From: Azolla caroliniana
Taxonomy: Eukaryota; Plantae; Polypodiophyta
Assembly (NCBI GenBank): GCA_043228905.1
Contig: JBHGNT010000002.1
Coordinates: 12,214,001 to 12,278,000, forward strand
Length of the DNA: 64,000 bases
Direction of reading: 5' to 3'
Part shown: positions 11,746 to 25,202 of the stretch, in pieces
How the letters are laid out: each line of letters opens with the position of its first letter
How positions within the stretch are numbered: the first letter of the stretch is position 1
Notes under the pieces: model-generated
Database searches by the model: none
What the model was told of the DNA's origin: nothing
Seen by the model: only the letters and a program-made list of their open reading frames with translations
Made by a program: the position numbers and the translations under genes

Positions 11746-14700
11746 CGAAAGCAGATTAAGCAACCTCTGGGAAGCGGAATCCCTTCTCCAGGCCTTGGCC
11801 GGAAGAGACGGCGAATTCGAAGCATTTTCAGCGTTGGAATCGGATTCGGAAGGGGGTTACAGCGCGCACACGAACTATCGCAACAGTAACGACACCCCAG
11901 GAGGACTGGAGAACGAGGAGTCGGATACATTACCGACACCGGAACCAGAGTTGGCAGACCGGGAACCTCCGGCACTAGACGTGGAGCAACCTCCGAAGAC
12001 GGAAGAAGACAAAGAAAAACCTCCAACACCGGACGTCGAGCCGGCAACACCAAAGGAAGACCGGCAAAGACCTCCGACGCCGACGGAACAGCAGGAAAAA
12101 CCACTGACACCGCCAGCTCGCGGACCGACACCGGACAACGACATTCCGTTCCAATACTCCAAGTATAGGGATGATCCAGATGCAGAGGCTCATGTTCATG
12201 CGTTTCAACAAACATGGGAGGCGAACCATGTGTCACAATGGTTAACCACGGCAGAAGTGGAACGATCTAAGATAGCCGAATTCGGAGTGACATTGGAAGG
12301 ACCGGCCGCCATATGGCACCGGACGCAGGATCGCAGCACCATCACCACCTTTGCGGACCTGAAAGATAAATTCTTGTACTTCTTTCAGAAGGAGGTGGAC
12401 CAGAGAGAAATGGTGGGCCTATTTTATACCATCCGGCAAGACCCTGGGGAGAGCATTCCACAGTTTGTCATCCGGTTTCAATGGATGCGCAGTCAGCTTA
12501 CCCACGCACCTCCCGAGGAAGAAACACGGGCTATATTTTTAGCCGCACTCCAGGAACCTCTACGAACGGTATGCACAGTCATCGACATTCACACAAGCAC
12601 CGTCGACCAGGTCATCGACCGGGTTAGAGAAATGGAGAAAACGAGCTCTTGGCTAACAATGGGAACCCTCCAACGAGTGTTACCAACCGATGAGGATCTC
12701 CGGTTCCGGCAAGAAATCCAATGCACGACCTGCTTGAATTCCGGACACTCGTCACTGGAGTGCACCATGCGGACACACTGCTTACTCTGCCAATCTACGA
12801 GCCACACGATAAACCGGTGCGAATATAACTTATTGAATCGGCAAGCACCACCAGTCCGGCAAATCGAGCCACGTAGCAGCCGAGACGAAGAAGAAGAACG
12901 CTGGCGGCGAGAGGAGCGATATCGACCAGCATAGGATGTCCGGTACGACGATCGGCGGGACAACTATGACCGGTACAAGAGATATGACAGGTACCGAGAT
13001 TACAATGGACGGTACGAGAATCACAACCGGGATCACTCCCCCGACTATCACCAACGACGGGAAGATTATGGGAGATATGACGACCAACCCCGTCAAGGGT
13101 ACCGCAACAAAAAGAACTTTAATAAAAAACGACATTTCAGAAAAGGGAGCCACCCACGTGAACCGGAAAAAGGCGCCTCAAGTAGCCAACCGGACCAAAG
13201 CCCCGTGGTTACCACAGGTCCTCCACCGCGTACAGGAAACAATGCCGAATCCAGCAATACCTGGAAAGCATATTGCTACTATTGCCGACAAGAAGGACAT
13301 TATAGTAATCAATGTCTGGCAAAGAGCTATGACAAGCGACCGACAGTAAACATGGTAGTCGCCGAAGTCATAGACTTGCATCAGGTTACCACAAGGTCGA
13401 AGGGCAAGACAACGGAATGGGAGACACAAGAGGCCATCTGGAAGCAGGCAACGGAATGGGTGAAAAAGGCAAATGAGTGAAACGTAGCAAAACTTGCGCA
13501 GCAAAAGGAGAACACCGACGAGCTTGCCAACGGCAATCAAACCGAAAACGCGACATGCAGGCATTGCAGGAGTGCCAAATCACGTTGCCATTGGGACGGC
13601 TCCTGCAACTAGTGCCCAGAATCACAGAAGGACTCAAGACAGGCAGGACGGCAGGAGAAACACCACTGGCACCAACATTCTTCTCAAATCCGAAGGAGGG
13701 ACCGGCGGTGGTAGACACAAACAGTCTGGCGATCACAGCCATCGTGAAGGGAAAGGAGTTACCCGGAACAGTAATAGATGGAGGATCCAGCGTCAATGTG
13801 ATTAGCCTCCGAACATGCACAACTTTGAGAATCCATGAGTGGGAACCATGCCCGTTCTGGCTACGGATGGCGGATACAAGCTCAGTGCGACCGACCGGCT
13901 TGATACGAGATTTGGAAGTAACAATCGGCGGCCACACATTTCGCATCTCGGCAGTAGTGCTACAATTATAGGCACAAGGAGCGTACCCGCTATTGTTGGG
14001 ACGGTTGTGGCTAAAAACGGCGCACATTAAACACAATTGGAGGAAGAACATAATCACCTTCCGGCGAGGAAAAGCAAAAGTAAGGGTATCGACACAACCA
14101 CGGACGTGTACTGGGAAGGAATTAACACCCCTATATGCCGAATGTGTCAATATACTGGACGGATTAGCAGACGAAGAGGTGGATCAATACTTGCAAGATA
14201 ATCCGAAGATAGTACCCCTGTTCGAAATTGACGTAGTTGAAGCCGTATCACCATACATACTGCCACCGGATGGAGCGGTTGAAGAACCAAATAAAGAAGC
14301 AATCCGGGAGCTACGGCAAGTACAAGAAGCGCTGGAAAGAGAAATGGGTGTATCACAACGGCTCAAAGCATCCCAACTAGAGGAGGTAAATCTAGGAACT
14401 ACGGAAGAGGCGAGACCGGTGCAGATAGCCAAGGAAATGACTACGGAGAACAGAACGGCGATGGTTACACTTCTCAAAGAGTTTCAGGACGTCTTTGCTT
14501 GGTCCTACGAGGATATGAGAGGGCTCGATCCTCAGCTATATCAGCATCAGATACATTTGAGCAAAGACGCCAAACCGGTAGCACAACGACGGTACCGGAT
14601 GAATCCAAACTACGCTGCCAAAGTCAAGGAAGAAATTGACAAGTTGCTGAGGGTTGGCTTTATCCGTCCTGTAAAGAAATCTACATGGCTGAGCCCGATA

Positions 14701-17360
14701 GTAGTCCTAACAAAGAAAAACGGCAAAATTAGAGTATGTGTCGACTACCGGAAGCTTAATGCGGCGATGGTAACTGATGCATTTCCACTTCCATTTACGA
14801 ATGGAGTTTTGGACGCAGTCGCCAGCCATGTATACAGATTTTTAGAAGGATTTGCGGATACAACCAGATCTGGATGCACCCCGATGACTAGGAAAAAACG
14901 GCTTTCGTCACTGAATGGGGAGTGTTTGTTGCGGTAGTGATGATGTTCAGACTAAAAACGGCGTCGGCAATGTTCCAAAGGATCATCATGGAAATATTCG
15001 GAGAATTCATACCGGCATTCATGCAGGTGTTCCTCGACGACTTCGCCGTTTACAGCCGGGAAGGAGACCACCTTCAGCACCTCCGACTGTGTCTAGAAAA
15101 GTGTAGGACTTACCGGCTAAGCCTGAATTCGGCGAAGTGTTTATTCGGCGTGTCCAACGGAACGCTACTGGGGCACATTGTCAGCAAGGAAGGCATCGTT
15201 GTGGATCCGGACAAAGTAAAAGCAATCTTGGAGGCACCGGCACCAAAAACGGCAAAGGCATTGAGCCGTTTCTTAGGACAAATCTGTTGGCATAGCCGAA
15301 TGCTCCGGTATTTGGCAGACCTAGCTACACCACTGCATGCTGCAGTATACCGAACACCGTTCCAGTGGACCGACACCGAAGATAAGGCGTACCAGGCACT
15401 CAAAGTTCTATTGTCGCAAGTGCTGGTAGTGCAACCCCCGGATTGGGCGAAGGAATTTCATGTGTTCGTGGATGCGTCCGACATTACAATCGGGCGTACG
15501 GAGCCAAGATGAAACGGTGGCACCAGAAGATAAGTGGCTAACGAATATGCACCAATTTCTGAGCACCAGATTGCCTCCAGAGGAGATGAACCGTGACGAG
15601 AGGAAGCGCCTAGCGGTACAAAGCCGACACTTCTGTTTATTACAGGACACGCTATACCACAAAGGTGCGGACGGTATATGGCGACGAGCGGTGCGCAGCG
15701 ACGAGAAAGAGGTAATACTACAGGAAGCACACTGCGGAGTCGCCGGAGGCCATTATGCCGGGGATGCTATGGCAAGAAAGATATGGCAAAGTGGCCTATG
15801 GTGGCCGACTACATTAAAAGACGCAATCCGGTACGCGAAAGAGTGTGATCTATGCCAGCGAATGGGCCAACCAATGGAACAAGCTACGATGCCGCATCAG
15901 CCAGTACGACCGCTAGAACCATTTCAGAAATGGGGACTGGATTTTGTCGGTCTGTTCAAACCACCGGCGATGAGAACTGGCAACCGGTATGTTATCTTCG
16001 CGACGGACTACTGCACTAAATGGGTGGAAGCCAAAGCCTTACGAGACAACACCGCGGCGTCGACGGAAAAATTCTTATACGAATACATTTGGTGCCGGTA
16101 CGGATGCCCCATAGAGCTGATAAGCGACCAAGGAGGGCACTTTCTTGGACAGGTAGTGGAGAGTTTGACGTCATTCTATGTGGTAGTACATAAACGGAGC
16201 ACCCCGTACTACCCACAAGCCAACGGATTAGCTGAGTCAACAAACAAAACGCTGTAGAATATCCTGCGCAAGATCGTCAATGAGAATCAGACAAATTGGG
16301 ACACGAAGCTGCACAGTGCCCTATGGGCTTACCGAACTGCGTACAAAACAAGCATCCGAACAACACCGTTCCGGTTAGCATTCAGATTAGAGGCAGTCAT
16401 GCCGGTCGAATTCCACGTGCCAAGCTTACATATTCAAATTCGGGAACGACTCAATGAAAAGGAATCGGAGGCAATTCGGTTAAAGGCTCTATGTGAACTA
16501 GAAGAACACTGACTGGCGAGCATCATGCACCTGGAATTGGAACAACGGAGACGTAAAGCGTTTGTAGATCGTCACCGGAAGGGAAACGAAAAGATGTTCG
16601 AAATCAGCAAGCCGGTACTAGTGTTCCAGACCCGGATGGGTAAAATGCCAGGCAAACTACGGTTTAGATGGACCAGACCGTACTGGATCACACGCGGGTT
16701 CAATGGGTCTTACTAGTTAGGGACACTTGCCGGCAAGGTGCTGGGTAAATGGGTCAACAGATTTAGACTAAAACCATACAAAGGACCTATGCCCAAGAAC
16801 CCATTTGAACGAAGGGCCGCCACCGAATCAGACGCCGGCAGGCCAACCATGACGGGAACCTGTTGAGGAAAACGGCTACCACCAAGCCGGTAAGGGGGAG
16901 CACGAGCTGGCAACCGGGGGAAGCATAACGAGGGCAAACCGTCAAGAGGCCGACAAGGTGCACGTTTCGGGTAAGGGTCCGACAGGACCGGAGAAAAATT
17001 AACCACACAATTAACTTTACAAAAAATTAAAAAAATTAAAAAATTAAAAAAATTAAAAAAATTAAAACAAAATAAAAATCAAATGGAATCAAATAAATCA
17101 TGAAAAGGAGTGGTGGAAGCGGCCTTGCAAACAAGGAGTAAAGAGGCACGTTGAAAAGGTACGAGGGGCTATGAATAGGACATTAAACCACCGCCACATG
17201 GCACGCAATGCTATTATAGTACACGACCTGCACATGCAGAGGCTCGAAAAAGGCGCCAAGATGCAGAGAGAAAAACCCCCACGCATCAAGACCTTCTCCT
17301 ATCGTGAATCAAGGAGAACAGACGCAGACAGACACGTGAAGATCAATCGCAGACGCGTGA
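11746..17360 (+). mobile_element. Gypsy-1: LTR-less, degenerate non-chromoviral Ty3/Gypsy (Tat/Athila-like)
   Basis: gag 11795-13480 with CTTCLNSGH and CYYCRQEGH knuckles; protease IDGGSSVN; RT VFLDDF; RNase H start VDASD then deleted at about 15500; integrase H-H-C-C, WGLDFVG, SDQGGHF, YPQANGLAE; no chromodomain. Confidence 0.9.
17020..17075 (+). repeat. (AAAAAAATT)n-like low-complexity tract in the Gypsy-1 3' UTR
   Basis: About five copies of aaaaa(aa)tt. Confidence 0.8.
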
Positions 17361-17800
17361 ATGATGATACATGTATTAAAGATATAAAAGGAAAGTTTGG
17401 GAAAGAGTTTAAAATTTCATATCTAGGAGAGCTGAAATATTTTTTTGGGAATTGAAGTTTACGGGAAAAGTGGCATCTACTTGATGCAAAAGAAGTACTT
17501 GTTGGATGTTCTTTTCAGATTTGGAATAAGTGAATGCAAACCACTCACTCAACCCATTGATACAAATACAAAACTATGCTCAAGTTCTTGGATGCTTATA
17601 AACCAAAAGTTTTCAAGGATGTGATAAATTTGCAAGATGTGGCTCAAGATAACTCCCAATTGAGCTTGCGGGGGAGTGTTGAAGATAAATGTACAAGCTC
17701 AAATCGACATGAGTTATGGTTGTTTATGTTTGTAAAGATGTATGGTGAACATTTATCTAAAGACTCTAGTAAATAGCATATAATGGGTAAGTATACATGG
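17361..17800 (+). pseudogene. Old Copia 3' remnant: RT and RNase H scraps, PPT and start of the 3' LTR
   Basis: LGELKYFFGIEV-like RT motif; PPT gagcttgcgggggag (17662-17676) followed by tgttgaag at 17677. Confidence 0.65.
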
Positions 17801-18339
17801 TAGGTGAGAATTAGACACCAAATCAATGGCTACAAAAGTGGAGTCTAATAGGTGAGTCAAGTTGTAAGTAGCTAGCATAAAACATAAAACACATTCGCGT
17901 TCACAATTGGAAGGATCACGCATAAATGGAAGGATAAGGAATATTTTGGTTGATTTTAGTACTTTTTCAATGATTTTGCAAAACACATTGATACCAGTAT
18001 CATACATGTTCAAATATACTATTAAAAAGGTTTAAAATCCACTATTTTCGTGATTTAGAAATAAATAAAAAAGAGGAATTTGAAAAAGTTAGATTCTCAA
18101 TTTATATCACAAACTTTACAACCAATGTAATTTTATAAGAAATGATTTTTAAGAAATCATAAGAATTCAAAACACATGCTTTTATATTACTCTATTTGTT
18201 ACAAGCGGAATATAGTTATACTTAATAGCTAAAAATACATTCATGATCACTCCTTTACGGAGAATCACTACTGTAACTAATATACAATGACGATTCCTCC
18301 TCGTCATCCTCGGATGTACCAATCAATGCATTATCTTTG

Positions 18340-21008
18340 TCATAAACCAAATGGTTTATATGTAGCAGATCTCATGTGCCTTCGACTCGAGCCACCTTGT
18401 AGACTTGGTAATTTTTCTTTTATTATATCTATTGTTGACTTCCTTAATCGTCTGACTTTTGTAAGCATGAAGTCATACACGATGATATCCACATCAGAGA
18501 TATCAAGGGTCGAGGTGTTACGGATGTTTTGCTTCCTCTTCCTACCTCCCCTTGGCGTTGGGCATTCAATCATCTCCAATGTATACTTACCTGTAAAAGC
18601 ATTTGCACTTCTAGTGTTGTACCAATGAACGTTTATAGACTTGATCGTGTTTTCCATTTCATGCATTAGCACTTCTAGAATTTACCAACCCAAAATTGGT
18701 GGTCATGTGAGTTCTCATCAACCGGCGTTGCAATCAACATCCCCGCCGCGAGCTCTTGCAAATTGCCTTGCCATCTAGCTTCGACTTCTTTGGTCATCCT
18801 TGGTCCCACATAAATGTCTCTTTGTTGTGGATGGACCAAACTGTCATTAATCGCATTTGTTGGTTGCACCGGAGTTTTATTTACACGATCATGTTGTAGC
18901 GACCATGTGAATGGCGTTTCCAAATTCCAATTATCTCCAAATACACAATTGTCTATAATTCCTTTCTGATCACTGAAAAATGCATCCCACCATGACGTGT
19001 CTTGTTGTGCGGCATATTTCTTGGCGGCCTCAATATGCTTTCTTTTTTCTTCTAAGGCTTGGAGCCATAACAGTTTTTGTTCTGATACCAAGTCACTATG
19101 CAACTGTCCTTTCTTCTCAATTGGCATTTGTTTAGCTCCATGGACAATTGTACTCGGCATACAAGTAATAACTGGCAACCACCTTCAGGTTCCCACGTTG
19201 TAGAAGATGAATATTCTTTAGCATACAAAAGCGTAGAACCACTTATTTCAATTTTCTTTATCATAAAAATGTGATTGAAGCTTATATTGTTTAACTGGGC
19301 GAGCACTTTAACATTCCCAACACCCCCATATGATATATATCTCTTAAAGTCACATACTTGCTTCAAGTGTAACACTTTTGGGCGTGGTGTATATGCATCA
19401 CAAATGACATCAAATAGTTTTGGTAATGTGAAAGCATCATGCCGAGACAATTGTCTAGAGAATGTGCTAAACATCTTATCTATATGATCATGTGTGTGGC
19501 CAACAAAAAGAAAATTGACTTTTACTTTTCTAAACAATCCTTGGTTGACAAACATACTTAGATAGCCAAACACAGTTGAATTTTTGTTCTCTCTAGCAGT
19601 ATTGTCCAATTGAATGTATAGAACAGGGGGGAACGGTTGGCCCCAAGACATCAAAACTCGGTGAATCACTGTAACTGTTAGGTTAGGGTCATTGTGAACA
19701 TTGGGGCATGTAATGAAGATGTGAGGTCCAACCAACCTATTATAAGCCAAGCATCCCACCAAGTGCATTTGAACAAGGCACTCATCATTGACGTCTTTGG
19801 GGAGCCTCGGCATATGCGGCAAGCACGTCTTATCTGGTCTATGTCATCTATCATTAAGCACATGTATTGTTCGAGCCTCTTCAAACACTTCTGTGTATGA
19901 TGCATCGCCTTCTTTCATTCTAACGATTGTGCCTCACGATGCTCCTGTAGCAACTTCTTACTCATATCCTTTTCCATTGATGTATTTACACCTTTAACCA
20001 AACTTTTAAGATTTGCACAAATGAAGCAATACCCTATGCATACTTTACGTGGAATGATAACATTTGAAAACTGAGCTCTCCATAATCTTGTTAATTGGCT
20101 ATACGTGACAAATTTATTACGTGAGCCCACCATTTCAGATCGATAGACATCATAAACTTCCCGACGTGTGTCATTATTAGAGAGGTGCATCCTACCTGTA
20201 GTGGGCATTATTTCACAATTTAACTCAAAGTAACTTTTCATCCAACCAATAGCATGTCCAATTGCACCTTTCATACTTGGAACCTCTTTACAATTGAGCA
20301 TCTGATCCCCACTAAGTAGATGTTGTTGTACTCTATGTAGCCGCATGTTACTAACACATAACGCAATTTTTAATGCAACTCTACATATCTGTTGCACATG
20401 GAAGATATAATACTCGAATGATACTTTGATCCCCGTACATTTGTCAGACACTAGTTGCATATGTGACCCGAGGTAAGTTTCTTGGTCATCACTAGTCATC
20501 GAAAAATAATATCGCCTTAATTCTTGCAACTTTGATTTTCCAATCATAGACATACAACCACAGGCACGACATATTTTGTTGACATCAAATCCAATCTGCT
20601 TATCTGATGTCACGAAGTTAAATCTGGCCAGACGAATTCTACGTGGGATTCTTCTAATATGCATAGGGCTTCTAGATTTCTCTTCCTGCATAGAAGTTGG
20701 TGTAACCTTGTTACAATCCAGTTCTTTGTTGTGACCATCGCCCATGATATTCGATGTTTCATTGGCACTACCTTCATTCTCCGTATCTTTATTAATATCA
20801 TATTCTTCAATGGAGAACTCTTCACATGTGTTGTAGGTGAAGATTAGCTCAGACAATACTGTTCAATAGAAATGGGTGAGTCTGTCGACAGACAATATTT
20901 TTCGATAGAAAATGGTGAGTCTATCGACAGACAATACTCTTCGGTAGAAAACAAAGAGTCTGGTGACAAACAATATTCTTCAATCGAGAACGGTGAGTCT
21001 TCACTCAT
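18340..21008 (-). pseudogene. DDD-type DNA transposase, Sola1-like, frameshifted
   Basis: Stitching ORFs 19915-20856, 19678-19905, 19052-19822, 18675-19178 and 18340-18672 gives Cys clusters (CRACGC; CFIC), IDDIDQ.KTCLPH, YIQLDNTARENKN and FLFVGHTHDHIDKMFS, matching the D / DN..[QE]NKN / GH....D pattern of Sola1-type transposases; probable ATG at 21008. Confidence 0.75.
20851..21000 (-). repeat. About 4 x 39-bp coding tandem repeat (DSPFSIEEYCLST-like) at the transposase N-terminus
   Basis: agacaata...gaaaatggtgagtct repeated every 39 bp. Confidence 0.85.
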
Positions 21009-21315
21009 GGCTTAAGTTATGTTCTTGTGCTAATATAAAAAATTGATAAGGTCCTCTCTAAACAGAAGCTCCCTCAATATAATGTCTATATTATTTAATA
21101 TTATATTAATCAATAAATAAAGATATTATTTTTAATATAATAATTTTATTCAACATATTAATAATTTCTTAAACTAGTCAATATAAAGTTAAATCAATTA
21201 TATTTTATACCTTATTAATCCTATAATATATAATTTAAATTAAATTTACTTTAGCCATGAAGTATAATATAATTACAATCACTATGAAGCCATATATATG
21301 TTGGTTTAAAGTTAA

Positions 21316-21660
21316 AATCATTGGTTAATTATTGGCACCCATATTTAATATAGAACTTCTCAATCATTGGTTCATTCATGCCCACCATTTTAAATATAAG
21401 CCTTTTCAATCATTGGTTCATTCATGGTCACATCTTTAATACAAAACATTAAGCAGTCATAAAAATGTTGCTTTGAGTATTCAATCATTGGTTCATTCAT
21501 GAACCTCTATCATTGTTTCCTTCATGACCTTTAAAGTCATTGTATGTTAGTTTGAGTATAAAATAATCATTAATATGTTGGTTTGATTATTTAATCATTG
21601 ATGCATTCATAAGCATCATTTAATTCAAATCCATTAGAGAGTGATTGGTACATTCAAGAT
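21316..21660. promoter_or_regulatory. Dispersed AATCATTGGTTCATTCATG motifs (CCAAT on minus) in the divergent intergenic region
   Basis: At least four near-perfect and several degenerate copies in AT-rich DNA between the two start codons. Confidence 0.5.
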
Positions 21661-21940
21661 TATGTACTAAATAAAGTAACTCTTTCTTAGGTTTAACTAG
21701 CTAACCTTAAGCTTACCAACCCTAGTTAAAGTGATAGTGGTTACTTTAACCACTGTGGTCAATCCCTAGAAATAGGAAGACCTCATTTCTCAATCACTCA
21801 TGCGCAGAACAAAGCACACGAGCACACAAAGCACACAAAGCACAAAGAGCCCATAGCACGCAGCACCAAATTGTCATCTCCCCCTAAGCATTGACAATGC
21901 GAATCATGTCTTCAAAGAAAATCGAGCGCTAAGAATCCAG

Positions 21941-22898
21941 GTAAGCGCCTGACAGTCCAGACATTTTTGTAAATATGTTTTAGCACTCAAGAAATCGATA
22001 CGTGGTATTGAGTTCCTATTTAAAGTTTGTGTTTCATACAAGAACTCGATACGTCGTATCGAGTTCCTATTTAAATTTTCTGTTTCATACAGGAACTCGA
22101 TACGGCGTATCGAGTTCCTGTTTAAAGTTTGTGTTTTACACAGGAACTCGATACCCCGTATCGAGTTCCTGTTTAAAGTTTGTGTTTCATACAAGAACTC
22201 GATACGCCGTATCGAGTTCTTGTTTAAATTTTTTGTTATATACAGTAACTTGATACGACGTATCAAGTTCCTATGTAAAGTATGTGTTTTATACATGAAC
22301 TCGATACCCTGTATCAAGTTCCTGTTTAAATTTTGTGATTTATACATGAACTCAATATGCCGTATCGAGTTACTTTATAAAACACAAAATTTAAACACGA
22401 ATATTGTGTCTTTGGGGGAACAATTTGGTATGTGTGTGAAAAGATACCAATTTTATGTCCAATGCAGACTTTTTTAGTGACATATGCTACATTTTGTAAC
22501 ATTTAGCGGCTTTACTTTAAAAGGTTTTATGACCTATAATAGCTTAAAATAATACAAAAAAACCCACAAATTTCCTTTATGATACCAAATGTAAGTCTGT
22601 GGTATTAAAATTCTCAACAATATGGATATGGAATCAATATAAGCGATACCTACCCTTCAATATGATACATATCCTTGTATAATTATTAAGATATATAATT
22701 TTCGAAGTTGAATAGCCCTTACTAGATTTAAATTCCAAATAAAGGTCTATCATGTTCACTCAAAGTATGATTGATATTTAGAGTTTAGTAGAAATCGCCT
22801 GCTAGTTTTTGTCTTGATATACTTATGTATATTTTAATATACAACCTTAATCTAGGCAACCACCTAACTTATATTTTCACACGTCCTCTCTTAAATAG
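21941..22898 (+). other. Predicted intron 1 (958 nt) of the ParB-MTase gene
   Basis: AG|GTAAGC donor, CCTAAC branch point (22863-22868), pyrimidine tract, TAG|G acceptor; phase 2 on both sides joins MSSKKIER*ES-R-SFENLSDRPVKKIKLR. Confidence 0.6.
21988..22401. repeat. 8 x 51-bp tandem array, each unit holding a 14-bp-arm palindrome
   Basis: Units start at 21988, 22039, 22090, 22141, 22192, 22243, 22294, 22345; consensus CAGGAACTCGATAC-NNN-GTATCGAGTTCCTG plus a 20-bp AT-rich linker; the last linker is inverted. Confidence 0.95.
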
Positions 22899-24730
22899 GT
22901 CATTTGAGAACTTGTCGGACCGACCTGTGAAGAAAATAAAGCTTCGGATTCAGGGTTCTCCAATTGAGGCCCTGAAACTAATAGTTCCTCAAAACATGAA
23001 GAGAGGAAAAAAGCTTCTCTTCAACGAGGAGACAAAATCTCAACCATCCGATGAGTTCAGCCAAATGAAAATGTTAGCAACTACTGGTGGTGAGGACCTT
23101 CCTGACCGTGATCTAATTGACAAGGAATGGTGTATGCAATATGTCGACTCCAAGAAAAAAGTCGTGCTTTATATAACAAAGAAGAATGGCGATGGCCAGC
23201 TTGAAAATGACACCGCATTTATGTATGGCCGTATTCTACAATTTGACTACCAAGATTCAGATTTAGCCAACATTCTTGTAATGATAGAGTGCTCGAAGGG
23301 GGTACGTAAAGTGTACCTTTCTGAAGATCGACTAGTAAAGGAATCTTGTGGGCCAGAATCTTTTAAAAAAGATCTAGAAAGCTCACAAAACCTTATTGTC
23401 ACCTTGAGGCCTTATATACAAGGCCATGTAACTCTATGGGAGCCCTTTCCCTCCCTAGTGAAGGCCCCGAAAAGGGCATCTAAAGTGCAATCAAGACCAA
23501 CAAAAAAGAAGACCAGTAAAATGTTGGACTCTGACTCATCAAGCTCAAACAAAGATGAGGACACTAGGGGGACGCCACGAGCTGAGCTGGCATTGGGTGT
23601 ATTGTCATCTGAGCAGAATAAGATACGGAGAGAGTTAATGCAGCGTAAACTGGTGAGAAAAGGGCAAGTGTTTAATTTGCCTATAACACACATTCATTGG
23701 CCCCCTGTAGATGAAAAAATAGGACGAAGACCACTTGAGATCAGAGAGCCACACTGAATGCATGTTCAAAATCTCAAGAAAAAAATGAAAATTAATCCAC
23801 ATGCTACTGTTGTGCCTTTTATTGTTATGGTGGATCCCGAAGAATGTGAAACCACTGAAGAATTCGACACAAGAAAGCATGATCAATACAATTACTTTGT
23901 AATTGGTGGATTGCATTCGGAGGAGGCACGTTGGCAACTTGTGAGAGAACATCCAACGACTTTCTTCTTTAAGTATGCCGAGTGCAAAATTTACGTGGGC
24001 CTCAGAACTAAAGAGGCAAAGCCGTTGGCATGGGACCACAATAACAATAATGACTATAGGCAAAAAAATTCATCGATTGATCGTATAAGGCTCTTCCACC
24101 ATGAGTACTTGGATGTCAAACAAAAGTTCGATATGAAGCTACATCCAGGCCTATGACGTCAATGCTTGCATGAAGTCGGAAATAATGTTAAATCCGATGG
24201 TCTTCGGAAATATGACTCCTGGTTCAACTTGCCTTTAGAGATGGAGAAGTATGGGACCTACAAGATTAAATCTTCTCAATGTGGGAGAATAAGGAGGTCA
24301 AGGGTCAACGACAAAAGAAATGTAAGGTAGACCCTTACCTAGAATTAAAGTCACAAGCGGCCAAGAAAATTGATTTGACCATTGATGAAGCGGTTGACGA
24401 CATGAAGCTATCTCTGTGGAGAGTGATGCAAGGCAAGAGATCTTTACTACAACGTGATTTGCGGTAATGTCGTTGACATGATCCAAAAAGTGCCAAAGAA
24501 GGAATATACGCTAATGATTGTTGATATTCCATATGGATTTCGAATGGTAGGGTCATCATACGACGATGAACCGTTTAGGTTTAAACAGTTAGAGAAGATG
24601 GTCAAGGATTTCGCTAAGCTAACGACTGCATCCTTGTGGAGGATAATTGTCTTTCATATTATGGACCAAGGGTGTACTCGGTAGCTCAAGATTTGAGATC
24701 TCGTTGCCATGGCATCGAGAACCTTGCATG

Positions 24731-24818
24731 GTAAGGATTATTTATAAGTCTCATTCACTATATTGCCTTTCTTAAGATTGTTCAATCTATTCTTAACTCA
24801 ATGCAATATTTGTTATAG
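24731..24818 (+). other. Predicted intron 2 (88 nt) inside the MTase domain
   Basis: TG|GTAAGG...TGTTATAG|G; removal restores W-I-K-T-N (the conserved W.K motif). Confidence 0.85.
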
Positions 24819-25111
24819 GATAAAAACCAATGTCAATAGAGGGCCAATCTTTCGGTTCGTAAATGCAATTGAATACATTACGGTTGGCTACTTCGATGAA
24901 ATAAAGAAACAAAGAATCAAGAAGCATTCTAATGAAGTTGGAGGTTCAAATTTGCTGGTATATCCAGCAGTGACACGGAAATTGTGACATGTCACCACGA
25001 CAGAACAGGGACTTGTCAACCCATACCAAAAACCTCAACGACTTATGATGTGCTTGATCGAGATGTTTTTTGTAGAAGGAGATTGGATATGAGACCTCTT
25101 TTCTGGCACAG

Positions 25112-25202
25112 GTATTCCTCGAACTAAGTTAACGATCTTGAGATAACCAATACTGAATCTTTTTTGTTTGAAAACTAATTCTTCTTGTTACTTTCTTCAT
25201 AG
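25112..25202 (+). other. Predicted intron 3 (91 nt) splitting the SAM-binding FxGxG motif
   Basis: ACAG|GTATTC...CTAAT branch...TTCTTCATAG|GG; removal restores DLFSGTGTTSACALKL. Confidence 0.88.

Noticed and set aside
928-17455. Numerous 60-250-aa antisense or alternate-frame ORFs over the retroelements
   Set aside because: No recognisable motifs; expected shadow ORFs of GC-rich pol sequences.
21904-22347. 147-aa ORF with 17-aa repeats as a real protein
   Set aside because: By-product of the 51-bp (3 x 17) array; it lies antisense within a predicted intron.
21988-22401. CRISPR-like array (palindromic repeats at regular spacing)
   Set aside because: The linkers are themselves near-identical repeats rather than unique spacers; no cas genes; eukaryotic context.
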